From positions 5,394,001 through 5,458,000 of the forward strand of contig OZ024746.1 of NCBI GenBank assembly GCA_964016885.1: 64,000 nt of DNA. The letters run 5' to 3'. Position 1 is the first letter of the stretch. Every line of letters starts with the position of its first letter. The notes under the pieces were generated by a model. That model ran no database searches, was not told where the DNA came from, and worked only from the letters and a program-made list of their open reading frames with translations. Positions 41,839 through 56,600 of the stretch are shown here, one piece after another. The position numbers and the translations under genes were made by a program. The DNA is from Eledone cirrhosa (lineage: Eukaryota).

Positions 41839-44617
41839 TGTGTGTATGTATATGTATATGTATATGTGTACCTGTGTTCGTTTTAGAAACAAACTATATT
41901 GTAAAACACCTAATACGATGATATTTATTTCGGAAGTAAACTGAAAACAAATTGTGAAAAAAAATGGCCAATATAAAAGTTTAAAACGCCAGTTTAGTGC
42001 AAGAGAAGCTCAGTGAAGTGTAGAGATAGGTTTCTTAACATTGCTGTTAATATAGTTTGGGGACGTTGGACGCGTTTCTCCGTATGACTTTTAAATGTGA
42101 AATTAATGAGATTGGTATTATAATAAACGGTAGTTGGACGGTTTTATTGTATTGCATTCATAAACAAAATCTATTCAGTTTGGGATAAATAATGAACAAC
42201 GAGCTAAATTAAAACCATATGTGTCAATCATTCGCACAAGAATGTATTTTATGTTTTACATTAATTAATTGTCTATCGAAGTCGACGTGCTAGTGTGTAA
42301 ATACACGGCGTGTTGTTTTCTTTTCTTTGATGAACTGAAGCCATTTTATTTTACTTATGACAGTCTTGCCCAAGTTCCCTATATGTTTAAGTGTTTGTAC
42401 ATAGCTAATAAATTTTAAAAGATGATTGGAAAAACTCAGAGCCAGGGTTAAACTCCTGCTAGCCCTCAGACTTCGATTCGATTCAGGTTCAAAGTTATTC
42501 TGGCAATTCACATGCATTACATCGTTAATAAGACAATGATAAAGACGTACATGTAAACTTATCTTTCTGTAAATTAACTTTTCTATATAAATAACTAACC
42601 TTTTCAACCATTGTTTCTAGAGCTAAACAGTAACAACAGAGAGATCTTGAGAACATTGGATAGCCAGCGTTGCTTACAAGTTACTGGATACATCTGAAAG
42701 CAAGAAAGATGGTATAGAAACCTCTTAAAGGAGGGAGATATTATACTAAACATTAACGCTATATTAACCGAGTAATTGAGCATTTCTATGAATATTTATC
42801 CTTCTTATATTGCTGTTGAATGAGATTAATGAAGACGTGGTGAATATAAAATTGCGACATTCTTATCTTTCTCAAAGTGGTTAGCGACATAGTTCTAAAT
42901 AAACTTATTTCTATAGACATAAGCGGTCTTTTCGTTCTCTTTTACGTTACAAAACATTCGGCCAAGCCTGAATGTTCGATATTGTTTAAAAATAAGATAC
43001 TATTATTATGTGACTACTAGACACACTATTTTATGAGCAAAGGTGGAAGTTGTCCCAGCTTGTCACTCTATGATGAAGCTGATGAAATCAAGATATATGA
43101 ACAAAATCGATCTCTCGGTTTCAATTTCGAGTCATCGAATCTCCTCCATTCGCATTAAATGTTTCCTAATATTGCAATATAATATTAATATATTTAATAA
43201 GTTTTGAATTTGTTTCATGTGAGTCGAAACTGTTAGAACTGTAATATCTTTAACCGTATACTCTACCCTGCCACTAAAAATATTTAGCGGAACCTATCAA
43301 TATCTGCGATCTCTTTTAATAACTTTACATACTTCTAATTCTATTTGCCTACGGTGACTCTTTCGTACGGTACAAATAGATACAGAAATAGTAATTTAAG
43401 ACAAAGGAGTAGGAGATTCATAGTTTTATTGATCCTAAATTGGCCACGTATTAATCTACATTGTTTTATCCTGTCTGAACTGTTGTCACATCTTCGTATC
43501 CAAAGTGAAGTGTGGTTCCTGTCAGCTGTTGCTATGACTTAGGACGTATAAATGTCGAATTTAATTATCAATACTGACAAAGAAATAGAATTAAAAACAA
43601 CATTAGTAACATATTGCCTAGTACACGTTGTTTTTTCTCCTGTCAATTTTATTTTCTACTTTTCTGATTCTTTCCATCAATCAAACTAACAGCAAATGTT
43701 GGATCAATATAAAGAAGATTTGAAGGGATAATGTTTCTCATCAAGGTCCAATGTTTACTTTACTGTGAATATTTGGATGTGATTTTAAACACTCGGGGTT
43801 ATAATCCCAACATTTTGTTCAGGTATAAATTTGACATGAAGAAGTCAGCTGTTTAATACTAAATAACAAATTCATTGCCAAGAATTTAGATCGTAGAAAA
43901 TGATTAGTTCTTTACCAAGTATAAGCTATCTTCTCTATGGTGGACAGCTTCTAGTTTGTGGAGAGAGTGTTATTAAATATACACAATTTTGATATTTTAT
44001 CATCATCATCGCCATCATCTTTATCACCTTCAGCATCATCAATAATAAAAGCAGTCAGATTTCAACAGATTGAATACCATTTACCACACTATCCATATTT
44101 AACTACGGGTGTGTAAATCGTGTGGCTCCAATCTCATTCATGGTATCTAGTAGACCCTGGCGAGATTTAAACTCCGAATTCAAAAAGCCGAAACAACTTC
44201 ACCAACCCCACCACTCTAGGCTGGTAACTTATTCGTTGAATTGGAAAGGATGAAAGGCAAACTCAAAATAAATATACCGCCAGGACATTCGCTTGCCGCT
44301 CCCACACTTCCTCTAATTCAACAACTTATTTCATTCAGCTGAACATAATAGCGGAAACTCTTTTGCTTGAATTGATCAATATATATTACTGGTACTAGTA
44401 TTAATCCCGAAGATAAACATCACAGGTTTTGAAGTCTGTGGTCTGAGAAGGAACAAAATATTGTCCTTACATCTTTTACTTTAGCACACAATTGTTCTTG
44501 CTATTGCACTACATAGTTGCTATTATTTCTTATGTAAAGGAAACAAAACATATTTTAAAGAGCTAGGTATAGTTGATATAATCTGTATGTACCCCATACA
44601 TCTTTTACCAACACAGA

Positions 44618-44925
44618 CTCTCGGGTCCCAAATAATATGGGGGAGGTTGTCTCAGCTGATCTTTTTAAAAACCAGAATTAGTCGTTTAGCTTACACATTG
44701 AGACCCAACCCATCCTATTTATTTTATAATGTATGGGATTTCTAGTAATGTACTTTTTTCTCATGTATAATGTTTTTTAATGTATAAAGAAAATTAATTG
44801 TTGCAGGAATGCTACCACATAAAATAAAATTTCGCCGGGTGGGGTATATGAAAGGAAAAAATCTGAAAAACATTGATAAGCGAGGTGAGGGGGGGGGGGG
44901 GGGGCGATTATTTGAGACCCGGGAG
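44618..44925. mobile_element. MITE with ~19-bp TIRs
   Basis: CTCTCGGGTCCCAAATAAT / ATTATTTGAGACCCGGGAG (2 mismatches); related end at 16802-16860. Confidence 0.65.
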
Positions 44926-45900
44926 TAATTCATAAGAAAATACATCTGGATTTGAAATCATAATGTGGATAGATGTTAACAAATACTGGAAGGTATTCGG
45001 TCAAATGATCAACAATGACATCAAATTTCTAAATAGATCTGATGTGTAAGTTTATCCACTCAAAGAAGGTTTTAAACTCATAAAGTAGGCACAGAATTGA
45101 CGAAAGTTTTGCTTCAATCTTCTGTCGCATTCTGCAGTATCTCCACCGTGAGGTGCATATTTTACTGTTTATTTTTACTGAAATGTAATATACTTTATAG
45201 CATTGTATGGCTGTGTATTCATATATTTCTGAAAACTGGATATCAATCTATCATGTATTTTATTTATTCACTAAAGAGAACATGTTGTTCAGTAAATATA
45301 ACATATTGAAAATGAGACAAAATATCGAACGTGTCAAGAAGAAATGATTATTGGAGAAATGATTATTGGAAAAATAGTTTATCATGACGGCAAACTAATG
45401 TATCTGTATATTATGCTTTTGTATTATTAAACGACGTAAACCACCACTGGACATCTCGGGTTTAGCGATTATAGATACATATAGCTAGAAATAACGAACC
45501 AAGTAAAAGCTGTTTTCTCTCTTCTTGAAATCCCAGATATATAAATCAGCAACTGATATAAGAGATAGCTATGTAGAAGGAAGGAAAAGAGAAGAAAGTA
45601 GCAGAAGTGATAATCTTAAAATGCGAACTCCTCACATAGTTACAGAACGCTATGATATCGCCACTACACTGGTAATACTCGACAACACCAAGCAACGAGA
45701 AAGTATAAAAAAGAACATCCAGAATTATCTGAAAGTCAATTCATGTGGTTATATTTATTTTAAGTAGTAATAATCCTGGACAAGCATATCTGCTAGAACA
45801 TTCCCCAAACTCATTATCAGCGTAAAGGCAGTGAATATAACAGCCAAGAGTTAAACCAATAATAGAGTAATGTGAACATATCTGTACATTACAAACATAT

Positions 45901-46283
45901 ATAATTGTTTCTACTTTTGGTACAAGGCCAGTAATTATCCCAGTACGTTACTGGTACTTTATTTTATCAACCCCGTAAGGGTGAAAGGCAAAGTTAACCT
46001 TGGCGGGATTTGAACTCATACCATAAAGGGACGTAACTCTTTACTGCAAAGCATGGCGTCCGACCCACTACCAATACTGCCAATCCACTGCCACAAAAAT
46101 ATATAATTGTTTCTACTTTTGGCACAAGGCCAGCAATTACCCAGTGTATTACTGGTACTTTATTTTATCGACCCCGTAAGGATGAAAGGCAAAGTTAACC
46201 TTGGCGGGATTTGAACTCAGATCATAAAGGGACGTAACTCTATGCTTCAAAGCATGGCGTCCGACTCTCTACCGATACTGCCA
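45901..46283 (-). mobile_element. Two tandem tRNA-derived SINEs
   Basis: 45901-46092 and 46102-46283 both match the family. Confidence 0.9.
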
Positions 46284-47204
46284 AATGAACGTCTTACAGT
46301 CGAAGTTTTGGCGAGGCACTTCAAACTCAATTTTATACTCAAATCTACTTCGACCTTTACTTGTGATTCGTGTGACATATGAACGCTGTGATAAAATAGA
46401 CAACTCTTCTTTGAACATATGACGCACATTAGTCTGCTATCGAGTGGATATATAACTGGGTTGCAATAGATTCCAGAACCAAGGCGACGAAATAGTTGCC
46501 CTTTAGTCTAGAAATACAAGACTTGATATGACAATGTGTTTATTATTTAATGAAATAAACCAGACTATAACCTTTATAGAATATCCTTCCTGTTTATAGC
46601 TAATCTGGCTATTGTTACTGTTTTCTTTTTCTTCTTATTGCTTATTTTCTGGAGAGAGGAAAAAAATATGACATTAATTAGCAAGAAAATTTATCAGCTA
46701 ATGATGTGAACTCATCTTTGCTCTTCTAGCCGGACCGATATCCTAATGCAAAGCTATCTCACAGAATTAATTAATTTGTCTATTATTTTGTATCGATTTG
46801 CTTTTCAATGTAATATTGTGTTCATTAACGAAGTACAGTTTATTCAGGCAGACTTCCTTAATTTCTCATGAGTGCAGACAGATCATTTTTGCCTACTGTG
46901 TACTACTTAAAAATACACACACTTGTTTTCCAATATTCTTTTACATTTATGTTTTTTTTTCTTTTTGTTATAAAAAGAATTCCATTTATTATTTCTTGGA
47001 AAAATACAATTAGCTCCAAGAAAATGATATTTCTAAAAAATTGAAATACAAAACTTGCATTTCTTCTAATTATTGTTTTTTTTTTTAGACTTCTGTGGAA
47101 TATTTGTTTTCAGACAGAACTTAAGTATTAGTTCTTTAAAAAGGAGGGATCTAAGTAAACTTGAAATACTTGAATACTTGCATATCCCATTGTGTATATT
47201 ATTA

Positions 47205-47205
<1 letters not shown>

Positions 47206-47249
<44 letters not shown>

Positions 47250-47253
47250 CAGC

Positions 47254-47285
<32 letters not shown>

Positions 47286-47316
47286 CAGCAGCAGTAGTAG
47301 TAGTAGTAGTAGTAGT

Positions 47317-47360
<44 letters not shown>
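47206..47360 (+). repeat. (TAG)n/(CAG)n microsatellite
   Basis: Direct reading. Confidence 0.95.
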
Positions 47361-47361
<1 letters not shown>

Positions 47362-47594
47362 GTTGTTAATATCCTAATAATTGGTTATGTGCTAACCTTT
47401 ACTCAATGTAGAAATAATATCAAATGACACAGAAATGAGAGACTGAACACGCTAAAGGATCTATCTATACATTCAGCATGCCCTCCTTCATTATTCGAAT
47501 AATATTTATTAATTTTTTTTTTTTATATTGGCACGAATCTTCAAATTTATAGGAAATGGCGTCTAGTTGATTGAATGTCAGTATATTTAACCCC

Positions 47595-47790
47595 GAACGA
47601 GAGTAAGGTCTTGACAGGATGACTTGGCGGGAAGCGAAGGACATGTCCATACCAGCGCATGCGGCAGATGGATACGAGGCGGGAGGTCCACACGTAGCTC
47701 TTCGTTGGAGATGTGATGGTACCATCTGATGTTCTCGATAGTCCTTAGGGATCTACTATGGAAAACGTTGATCCTCTTCGCTAGGGTCCT
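47595..47790 (-). mobile_element. RTE-like LINE fragment
   Basis: KRINVFHSRSLRTIENIRWYHHISNEELR followed by RMRWYGHVLR in another frame. Confidence 0.75.
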
Positions 47791-48510
47791 AAAATGATCT
47801 AAAATGACACCAGTCCCATCTAGCAAGAAGAGGTTATCTAGCACAGATGAGTTAGAGACAAATAGAGATATGCTGAGATATGAAATCAAATAGAAGAAAA
47901 ATGATACTAATTACAGTGTGTTCGCTTTGTACGCGAAGATGCTTTCGTGAAGGCGGCGCGAAAAGCAAATTCTGATAAATAAAATAATAAAAACCAGACA
48001 CGTTATAGCACGTTATTCGTGCAAAGTGAATATTTAATAATATTTTTTTCAAGAGGCATTAAAGCGAATTCGCGTACTTCAAGTTGGTGTAAAAAGCGAA
48101 CAATCTGTACCTTTAAAAATATTTCCCGTGAGCAACAACACCACAGTCAAAGTGTTTGAAAATACTGATATCTCAGTGTAGGGCCAGACAATCGTAAGGT
48201 AACTTAACCTAGACACTATTACCTAAAATGAAAAGCTAAATTTCGTCAGAATTAGTTTAAAGAGATGTAACTAACATGAGGGACTTTCAAGTGGTTCCAC
48301 TTTTTAAAAGATCGGAAGATAAAGAGTCTCAGTGAAACAAATTTGGATAAAATCCAATTTAATTACCACACAACATTTGTCTCTCCGCTGTGTTATCTCA
48401 AGCCATTAACATTTCAAATTATTTTATAGGAAGTCTAGTAAATTATAGATAATTAATTCATAAGTCTGTGATATGTTCTCTCTCTCCCTCTTTCTATCCA
48501 CACGCACATA

Positions 48511-48578
<68 letters not shown>

Positions 48579-48603
48579 CATACACGCACACACAGACCCC
48601 CCC

Positions 48604-48663
<60 letters not shown>

Positions 48664-48687
48664 CATACACGCACACACAGACCCCCC

Positions 48688-48727
<40 letters not shown>

Positions 48728-49014
48728 CATACACACAAATACACAGGCAGGCACGTATACCATATAAAACACATATATCCTATAAAAACCACATATATAT
48801 ATATACATACGTACTAACATACATGCATACACGCTAATTTTTACATTATATAAAATATAGTTTTTTCATTAATATCGGGTTGATAACTTCATAGGATTCA
48901 GATTCTTGTTTAACTTAGAAAACATTAAATGTTTTACATTTTCATTACAGAACTAAAAATGTAGATAATATAATAACGTGGAACCAGATATATAATACAA
49001 CTTTATATACAGAT

Positions 49015-49395
49015 TTACGGGCAGGACCTACTGGAAGGAGACCCAGGGGTAGACACGGAGCAAGATGGTTAGATAATTGTTTCTACTTTTGGCACAAGGC
49101 CAGCAACTATGTCAGTGTATTACTGGTACTTTATTGTATCGACCCCGTAAGGATGAAAGGCAAAGTTAACCTCGGCGGGATTTAAACTCAGACCATAAAG
49201 GGCCGTAATGATGGTTAGATAATATCCATGAGTTGGTCTTGGCTGGTCTCACGTGGGGATCTAGCCAGTTCAGTTGGAGACGCTTGCTTCTGACAGGACC
49301 CACTTGAATGAGTGATTGAGGACTCTGCCCCCACGACCCTTTCAGGAATAAGTGGGCGAAGAAGAAGGAGGAGGAGAAGGAGTGGGAAGAGAAGA
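49015..49395 (+). mobile_element. RTE 3' end interrupted by an antisense SINE (49078-49209) with a 14-bp TSD
   Basis: Homologous to 15400-15638; GATGGTTAGATAAT duplicated at 49064-49077 and 49210-49223. Confidence 0.88.
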
Positions 49396-49891
49396 TATAT
49401 AATACAACACAGTAGAAAGGATAAAGGAAGAAAGGATCAGCTAATACATGGGATAAATATTAGGTAATGAAGGTGAGAGGTCATAGTATTTCGGTGCAAG
49501 GTTATAAAAGGTGGAGAATGGTAACAACATCAATAACAACAAAGTGTGTGTGTGAGGGGAAGAGTGTAATCGGGTGGGGTAGAAAACAATTGCTATTCGG
49601 AAATTAATCAACTCGGAAGGTTTATTAATCAGAGATAGGACTAACTTTAACGATTTATTCTCTGGCTAATTACCACCACCAGATCTTCTCATGTGGAAAT
49701 TCCTTTTACCATCTATAAAAAAATGCGTAACAATGCTTAACTTTGTATGAGTGTATGTATATATATGTGAGCATTTATACATACACACATGCACACATAT
49801 ATATATATTTATTAAAATAACAGATTAAAGTTTAAGCAAAGAATCGCTGCTATTATTATTTATTATTATTACTATATATATATATATATAT

Positions 49892-50084
49892 AGGCGGTGG
49901 ATTAACAGTATCGGTAGAGGGTCGGACGCCATGCTTTGACGCATAGAGTTACGCCCCTTTCCATTCTGAGTTCAAATCCCGCCAAGGTTAACTTTGCCTT
50001 TCATCCTTACGGGGTTGATAAAATAAAGTACCAGTAACACACTGGGTAATTGCTGGCCTTGTGCCAAAAGTAGAAACAATTATT
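49892..50084 (+). mobile_element. Full-length tRNA-derived SINE
   Basis: GGCGGTGGATTAACAG head, B box GTTCAAATCCC, core and tail. Confidence 0.9.
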
Positions 50085-50170
50085 ACTATATATATATATC
50101 ATATGAAAAACAACAAAAAAAGAAAAACCGAGATAAAACACTCTTTTTTTGTTTTCTTCTCTTTATATTG

Positions 50171-50216
<46 letters not shown>

Positions 50217-50292
50217 GTATATATGTAAATTTATATGTATATATTTATATATATTTATATATATGTATATATGTATATATGTATATATATAC

Positions 50293-50324
<32 letters not shown>

Positions 50325-50547
50325 TTATGTGTGTGCATGTGTATGCACATGTATGCTCTCTTTTCTTTTTTTCTTGCTTCAGGCAGTGAACTGTGGGGTG
50401 ATGGGGCGACACTTGGGACAGTTGAGGCTGGTACCACTTTATCGATCGAGAAATTTACGGAATAGAAACGAATATTAACACAAAATCTACTGGCTTATAG
50501 AACCATACACACACACACACAGACATACACGCACAGACACACACATG

Positions 50548-50582
<35 letters not shown>

Positions 50583-50689
50583 AACTGTGTGAAAATAGGA
50601 ATAAAACTTTTTTTCAGATATGTTATATTGAAAATACAACTGTTCCCTAATATGAATTCATAAGTCTGTTGTATGTTCTCTCTCTCTCC

Positions 50690-50756
<67 letters not shown>

Positions 50757-51053
50757 GTAATATGACACCACATGCTGATAAACCAAAGAACGTATTGTAG
50801 ATTATCAATGTGGTATATAAATTTGAATGCAAACATCAATGTTGGGAACTTCATGATTGTAGTTGTAACATGTCACACAAGCACGACACCTTTTATTTGG
50901 TTAATTATGCACTTGCGACTAGGAACCTACGATACTGTACAATACGACATTCAGCCAAGACTACATAAGTCGATTTCACTACAATCATATATAAACAACT
51001 ACAGAGGTTCTAAAGCATCAGAAACTGAAGAAATACAAAAACTCGTTTCCAAT

Positions 51054-51091
<38 letters not shown>

Positions 51092-51184
51092 CACAAACAC
51101 ACACAAATACACAACACACACACACATGCACACACACACACATATACACACACACACATATACACACACACACATATGCACACA

Positions 51185-51216
<32 letters not shown>

Positions 51217-51309
51217 TACACACACATATACATGCACACACACACACATGCTCACACACACACACACACACACGCATACACACACTCACATGCACACACA
51301 CACACAGAT

Positions 51310-51341
<32 letters not shown>

Positions 51342-51502
51342 ACACACACACACGTACACACACATACACACACAGATACACACACACACACACACACACA
51401 ACCTTGTATACGCATAAACGTATCTATTTATATATATATCTATCTGTCTACTGATCTATGTATCTTTCTCTCTCTATATATGTATGTATGTAAAAGGTAA
51501 AC

Positions 51503-51574
<72 letters not shown>

Positions 51575-51640
51575 ATGTATATATATATAAATATATATAT
51601 TTATATATATATGTGTATATATATATAAATATATATATGT

Positions 51641-51695
<55 letters not shown>

Positions 51696-51757
51696 AATAT
51701 ATATATATACATATATATATATATATTTATATATAAATATATATATATATATATATT

Positions 51758-51895
<138 letters not shown>

Positions 51896-51916
51896 CATAT
51901 ATATTTATATATATAC

Positions 51917-52058
51917 ATAGGAACGAGTAGAACCCCGACGGCTGAGCTCAAGCCGTTTCGACGGCTAATTCTGGACTATTACCCACTCTACTACCTTAAG
52001 TATTGAGTACTTTGGTGCGTTATGGTCCACCTGGTTCCTTACCACATTTCCTTCGTTA
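51917..52058. mobile_element. Family P element with its two halves in inverted orientation
   Basis: AGGAAC..CTGGACT joined to ATTACCCACTC..CCTTCGTTA. Confidence 0.8.
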
Positions 52059-52283
52059 TATATATATATATACATATATATATGATGAGATTTTGATTCC
52101 AGAGACGGGCCCGATCGGTACAGATCTAACCTTGAGCAGATCAATCCCGAAACGCGCGTCACATCTCAATAAACGTAATGAAAATTTGACACCTCGTCAT
52201 ATATAATAATAATAATAATAATGATAATAATAATAATAATAATAGTAATATTAATAATGATAATATATATATATATATATGGT

Positions 52284-52830
52284 ATAGAATGAAACGAAAT
52301 TTCATTTCTCACTCTTAGTACGGCACTTACTTAATATATATACATACTGCTGTACGTCTACATATATCTATGTACGTATACATACATACATACTTACATT
52401 TGAGTAACTGCCGTACTAAGAGTGAGAAATAAAATATCGTTTCATTCTATTCCATTTATCGTTTTCGGTGCGCCCAGCCGACTGAACTCACTCGATATGC
52501 AAATTAGGCTGATCAGCCGTTAATATGCATAAGGAAAGTATATACTTTCAGACGTTCAACCATCTGGCAGGAAGGTATACGATGCTGGCGATAGCTAATA
52601 AGCTTGAAACTAATACATCGTTCCTGTGTCAGTGTTGAACAAAAGGGCAACGATGATTGCTAAACACTGTACGGCGTAATTCGGGCTGTTTGTTTACAAG
52701 CAAACCGAGCATTATAATAAATGTTCGGTAAACCGATACGTGCATATATGTATGTGTGCATGTATGTATATATATATACATACTACTGTACGTCTGTATA
52801 CATATATGTATGTACGTATACATACATACT
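52284..52830 (+). mobile_element. Hammerhead-carrying short element, family C, with a 5' inverted duplication
   Basis: 52284-52334 is inverted relative to 52399-52450; homologous to 61340-61715. Confidence 0.75.
52579..52621 (+). ncRNA. Decayed minimal hammerhead, family C
   Basis: ACGATG-CTGGCGA-TAGCT-AATA-AGCTT-GAAA-CTAA-TA-CATCGT; A6>G and stem III mismatch. Confidence 0.6.
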
Positions 52831-53005
52831 TACATATATATATATATATATTTAACCGATAATATTGATCTACATACTAATAGGAAACAGATGGAATGTG
52901 TTCGATTGCGGTGATTAATGATTTGAGACATTGTAATTTGAACTCTAAAATTGTTTTTCAATATTGTGAATCATATAGTTGGATTTGCATATTTCTATGT
53001 ATATA

Positions 53006-53039
<34 letters not shown>

Positions 53040-53329
53040 CATATACACATACACATATATACATATGTATCACCACTCCATCTTCATAAAGAACATATAT
53101 ATATATAAGAAGAAATTATGTGCAAGTAGGCCACAGTCATTGTCTTGCATGGGATCTATGTATACTGTAGCAAATGTTTTAGACTTTATCTTTAAATACT
53201 GAAAACCAATACAATTTGTCATCTGTTTGATGTCATCTGTTCGATGTATTATAGAGTTGGGGCAGAAATGTCGCGTTGTTTCAACGGTGATTGGGTGTTG
53301 TAGTATAGTTTGAAATTTACCATTATTTT

Positions 53330-53478
53330 TGGCAGTATCGGTAGAGGGTCGGCTGCCATGCTTTCCAGCATAGTTACGTCCCTTTACGATCTGAGTTCAA
53401 ATCCCGCCGGGGGTCGATGAAATAAAGTACCAGTAATGCACTGGGTAATTACTGGCCTTGTGCCTAAAGTAGACAGAA
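53330..53478 (+). mobile_element. tRNA-derived SINE with an internal deletion
   Basis: Head and B box joined to the distal core. Confidence 0.8.
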
Positions 53479-53839
53479 TTATTTTGTATCATGAAAATAA
53501 ACTAAGCCAAAATATCAAGACATTAGTGTGGACGTGCAACCATCTCCAGAGAGACTTCCTATTAACTGCCATACACCATCATAAGATCCATAGACACTTT
53601 ATAAAGATCAACACGTCTTTTCATATATTTTCCTTCCATTTGATGCTGAGAAAACTTCATCTCCGTTGTCAACGATCCAGCTAAACAACTGCATTAGTTC
53701 TGTGGAAGAAGAGATGTAGAAAGACGACGGAGAAACTTATAAAAGAAAACCCTCAAAAATATCTCCCCAATGACAGGAAGCAGAGAGACTTTTGTTTAAC
53801 GGTAACAAAAGAGTGGCATCTTCCCATTTCAGAAACTAA

Positions 53840-53918
<79 letters not shown>

Positions 53919-53944
53919 TGTCTGTGTGTGTCTGTGTATGTGTA

Positions 53945-53984
<40 letters not shown>

Positions 53985-55020
53985 TGTGTCTATGTGTGTG
54001 TGTATGTGTGTGTGTCTGTGTCTGTGTGTGTGTGTGTCTGTATGTGTGTGTCTGTGTGTGTGTCTGTGTGTGTGTGTGTCTGTGTGTGTGTGTGTGTGTG
54101 TGAGTATGTCTGTGTGTATGTGTCTGTATGTGTGTGTCTGTGTGTGTGTGTGTCTGTGTGTCTGTGTGTGTCTGTGTGTCTGTGTGTGTGTGTCCTTCAA
54201 CATGTAGACGACGTAACACAGACTTTAAAACCAGACATTCACAATAATTGTTTCTACTTTTGGCAGAAGGTTTGATGGTCTTTATTCTCTCTCGTTCACG
54301 ATTTCACCGAATTTAAATTCATAGAAATTTCGGACTTGACTCCTTCTTCCTCACTTTTCGTTGCTTCACCATTTTTGTTTGTTTACACTCGTGTTCTCTT
54401 TATTTACGTGTCCCAACGACTTTTTTTAGCCGTTGCTCGCACCAACCGGAGGTATATGGTCTTTAAAGCGATGAAATACCAATGATGGTTGAAAGATCAC
54501 TGATGAAGGACTAACTTTATTCATATGTAACCCATTAGCAACCAAGCAGCACGTTTTTCTCATATATATATATATTAGAAAGTGAGGTTTTTTTTACAAA
54601 ATGAAAAATAACCGCGGTGTCCTACACGAGTGAAAGTATAAAGAAAAAAAGATGAAATCGAAAATGCAACTGGAGTCTTATTTTAAAAAAAATATATATA
54701 TTTATTTGGTTCCTTTACCGGTTTCACAGTTCTTCTGCTTTTCAAAAGTAGAGTTGAGATGGAGGGTCTGTGGGTTTTCTCACATCTGGCTGGTCTTTGA
54801 ATGTTACTTGTTTTATATGGAAAAAGTGGCTCGAAAAGCCAGGTTTTTAGAGAAGTAATTTAATTGGTTGGTCAATAATTATAATAAATTTCGCGCCAGT
54901 TCACGTTACAAAGTTCTTCAAACAAGGGGGGGGGGGGTGTAACAGGTTGTTTTTTCATATATGAGTGTTTGAATTTCTTTTTACTTGAAAAACACACACA
55001 CATATTTAAACACACACACA

Positions 55021-55081
<61 letters not shown>

Positions 55082-55124
55082 ATATACATATACATATATA
55101 TATATACACATGTATGTACATTAA

Positions 55125-55263
55125 AGAGTTATGTCCCTTTACGATCTGAGTTCAAATCCTGCCGAGGTTAACTTTGCCTTTCATCCTTACGGGGTCGATA
55201 TAATAAGGTATCAGTAATGTACTGTATAATTGCTGGCCTTGTGCCAAAAGTAGAAACAATTAT
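55125..55263 (+). mobile_element. 5'-truncated tRNA-derived SINE
   Basis: B box, core and tail. Confidence 0.88.
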
Positions 55264-55445
55264 TGTATATATTTATGAATGAAAGTGTTTGTTTACGTTT
55301 ACCTATATACATGCGTAACTTCGTGTATGTATAAAAGCCTATATGTATGAAACTGTATATACTTATATGTGTGTGTGTGTGTTTGTTCGGAAACTAACAA
55401 TCCATATTATAGTTTTTCTCTCCCTCACTTTTATATATATATATA

Positions 55446-55501
55446 TAGGAAAAAGTATGACCCCGACGGCAGAGCTCAAGCCGTTTCGACGGCTATTTCT
55501 G

Positions 55502-55505
<4 letters not shown>
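55446..55505. mobile_element. Family P fragment, hairpin half only
   Basis: GACCCCGACGGCAGAGCTCAAGCCGTTTCGACGGC within (TA)n. Confidence 0.8.
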
Positions 55506-55543
<38 letters not shown>

Positions 55544-56186
55544 TAAATCATGTCTTTAGAATTATTAGATAAAATATATACCATTTCCTCTCCCAATTAG
55601 CTTAATTAACCATATAAAAAATCAATTAGATCAAGCTATAAGAATAAAGGCTCCTATGAAGAAATTTCCGACAAATAACCGAAAGCGGCCTCTTCGCGGT
55701 GGCCACGATAAAGTATTTATCCAACATTTCAACAGCATGTAGAAATTGACTAAATATACCGTCAACCATACACAATTAGGTGTAAATTCATATATATATA
55801 TATATATATATATAATGTGTGTGTGTATATATATATATATGTATAAAATTTAACATAGAAATTTATTATAGAAATCGGGGGTAACCACAGGAAAGCACCG
55901 TAGTTAACCTCGATTTAACCCGTAATAAAGCCAAAAGGGCGTATAATGGCTAAATACTTTGAATGGAAGTTGTGCCTGAAATGGGAATACAAAAGAAATA
56001 AAACAAGTTTTGCGTAAATCGGAGCAGGGCCCCGACATATGGGCTTTTCTGGGCACCTTTATGAACAAAGAGAGAGAAAAATAGAGAGGAAGAGATAGTG
56101 GTTGTGACAGAGTATAGATGGAAAGAGAGACATAGAGAGAGGGTGAGGAGACAGAGAAGGAGAATCGAAGAGAGAGACAGCTGGTG

Positions 56187-56247
<61 letters not shown>

Positions 56248-56495
56248 TGAGTGTGTGTGTATATATATATGTGTCTATGACCAGTGCATATAGATCTCAG
56301 ACCCCCATATATATATACACACACACACACATATATATGTGCACACACACATTTATATATATATATACATACACACACGTATATATATATGGGCCTTCCA
56401 GTTTCATTTCACATTATATACATGTCTGCGTATATTTTATTATTTAAAAATTATTTTAAAGTAAACATGATTTAAAAAAAAGATTATGAAGTGAA

Positions 56496-56524
56496 CGTGA
56501 CCCAACGGGTCACGGGTAGTCTAG
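56496..56524 (+). mobile_element. Helitron-type 3' terminus
   Basis: Hairpin CGTGACCC-AAC-GGGTCACG then CTAG|T; 5' end not identified. Confidence 0.6.
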
Positions 56525-56544
56525 TATATATATATATATAACGA

Positions 56545-56598
<54 letters not shown>

Positions 56599-56600
<2 letters not shown>

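Noticed and set aside
49892-49990. Possible tRNA gene
   Set aside because: A/B boxes belong to a SINE head; no cloverleaf
48453-50690. ~30-bp duplicate AATTCATAAGTCTGT..ATGTTCTCTCTC at ~48454 and ~50655
   Set aside because: Too short to assign to an element or function
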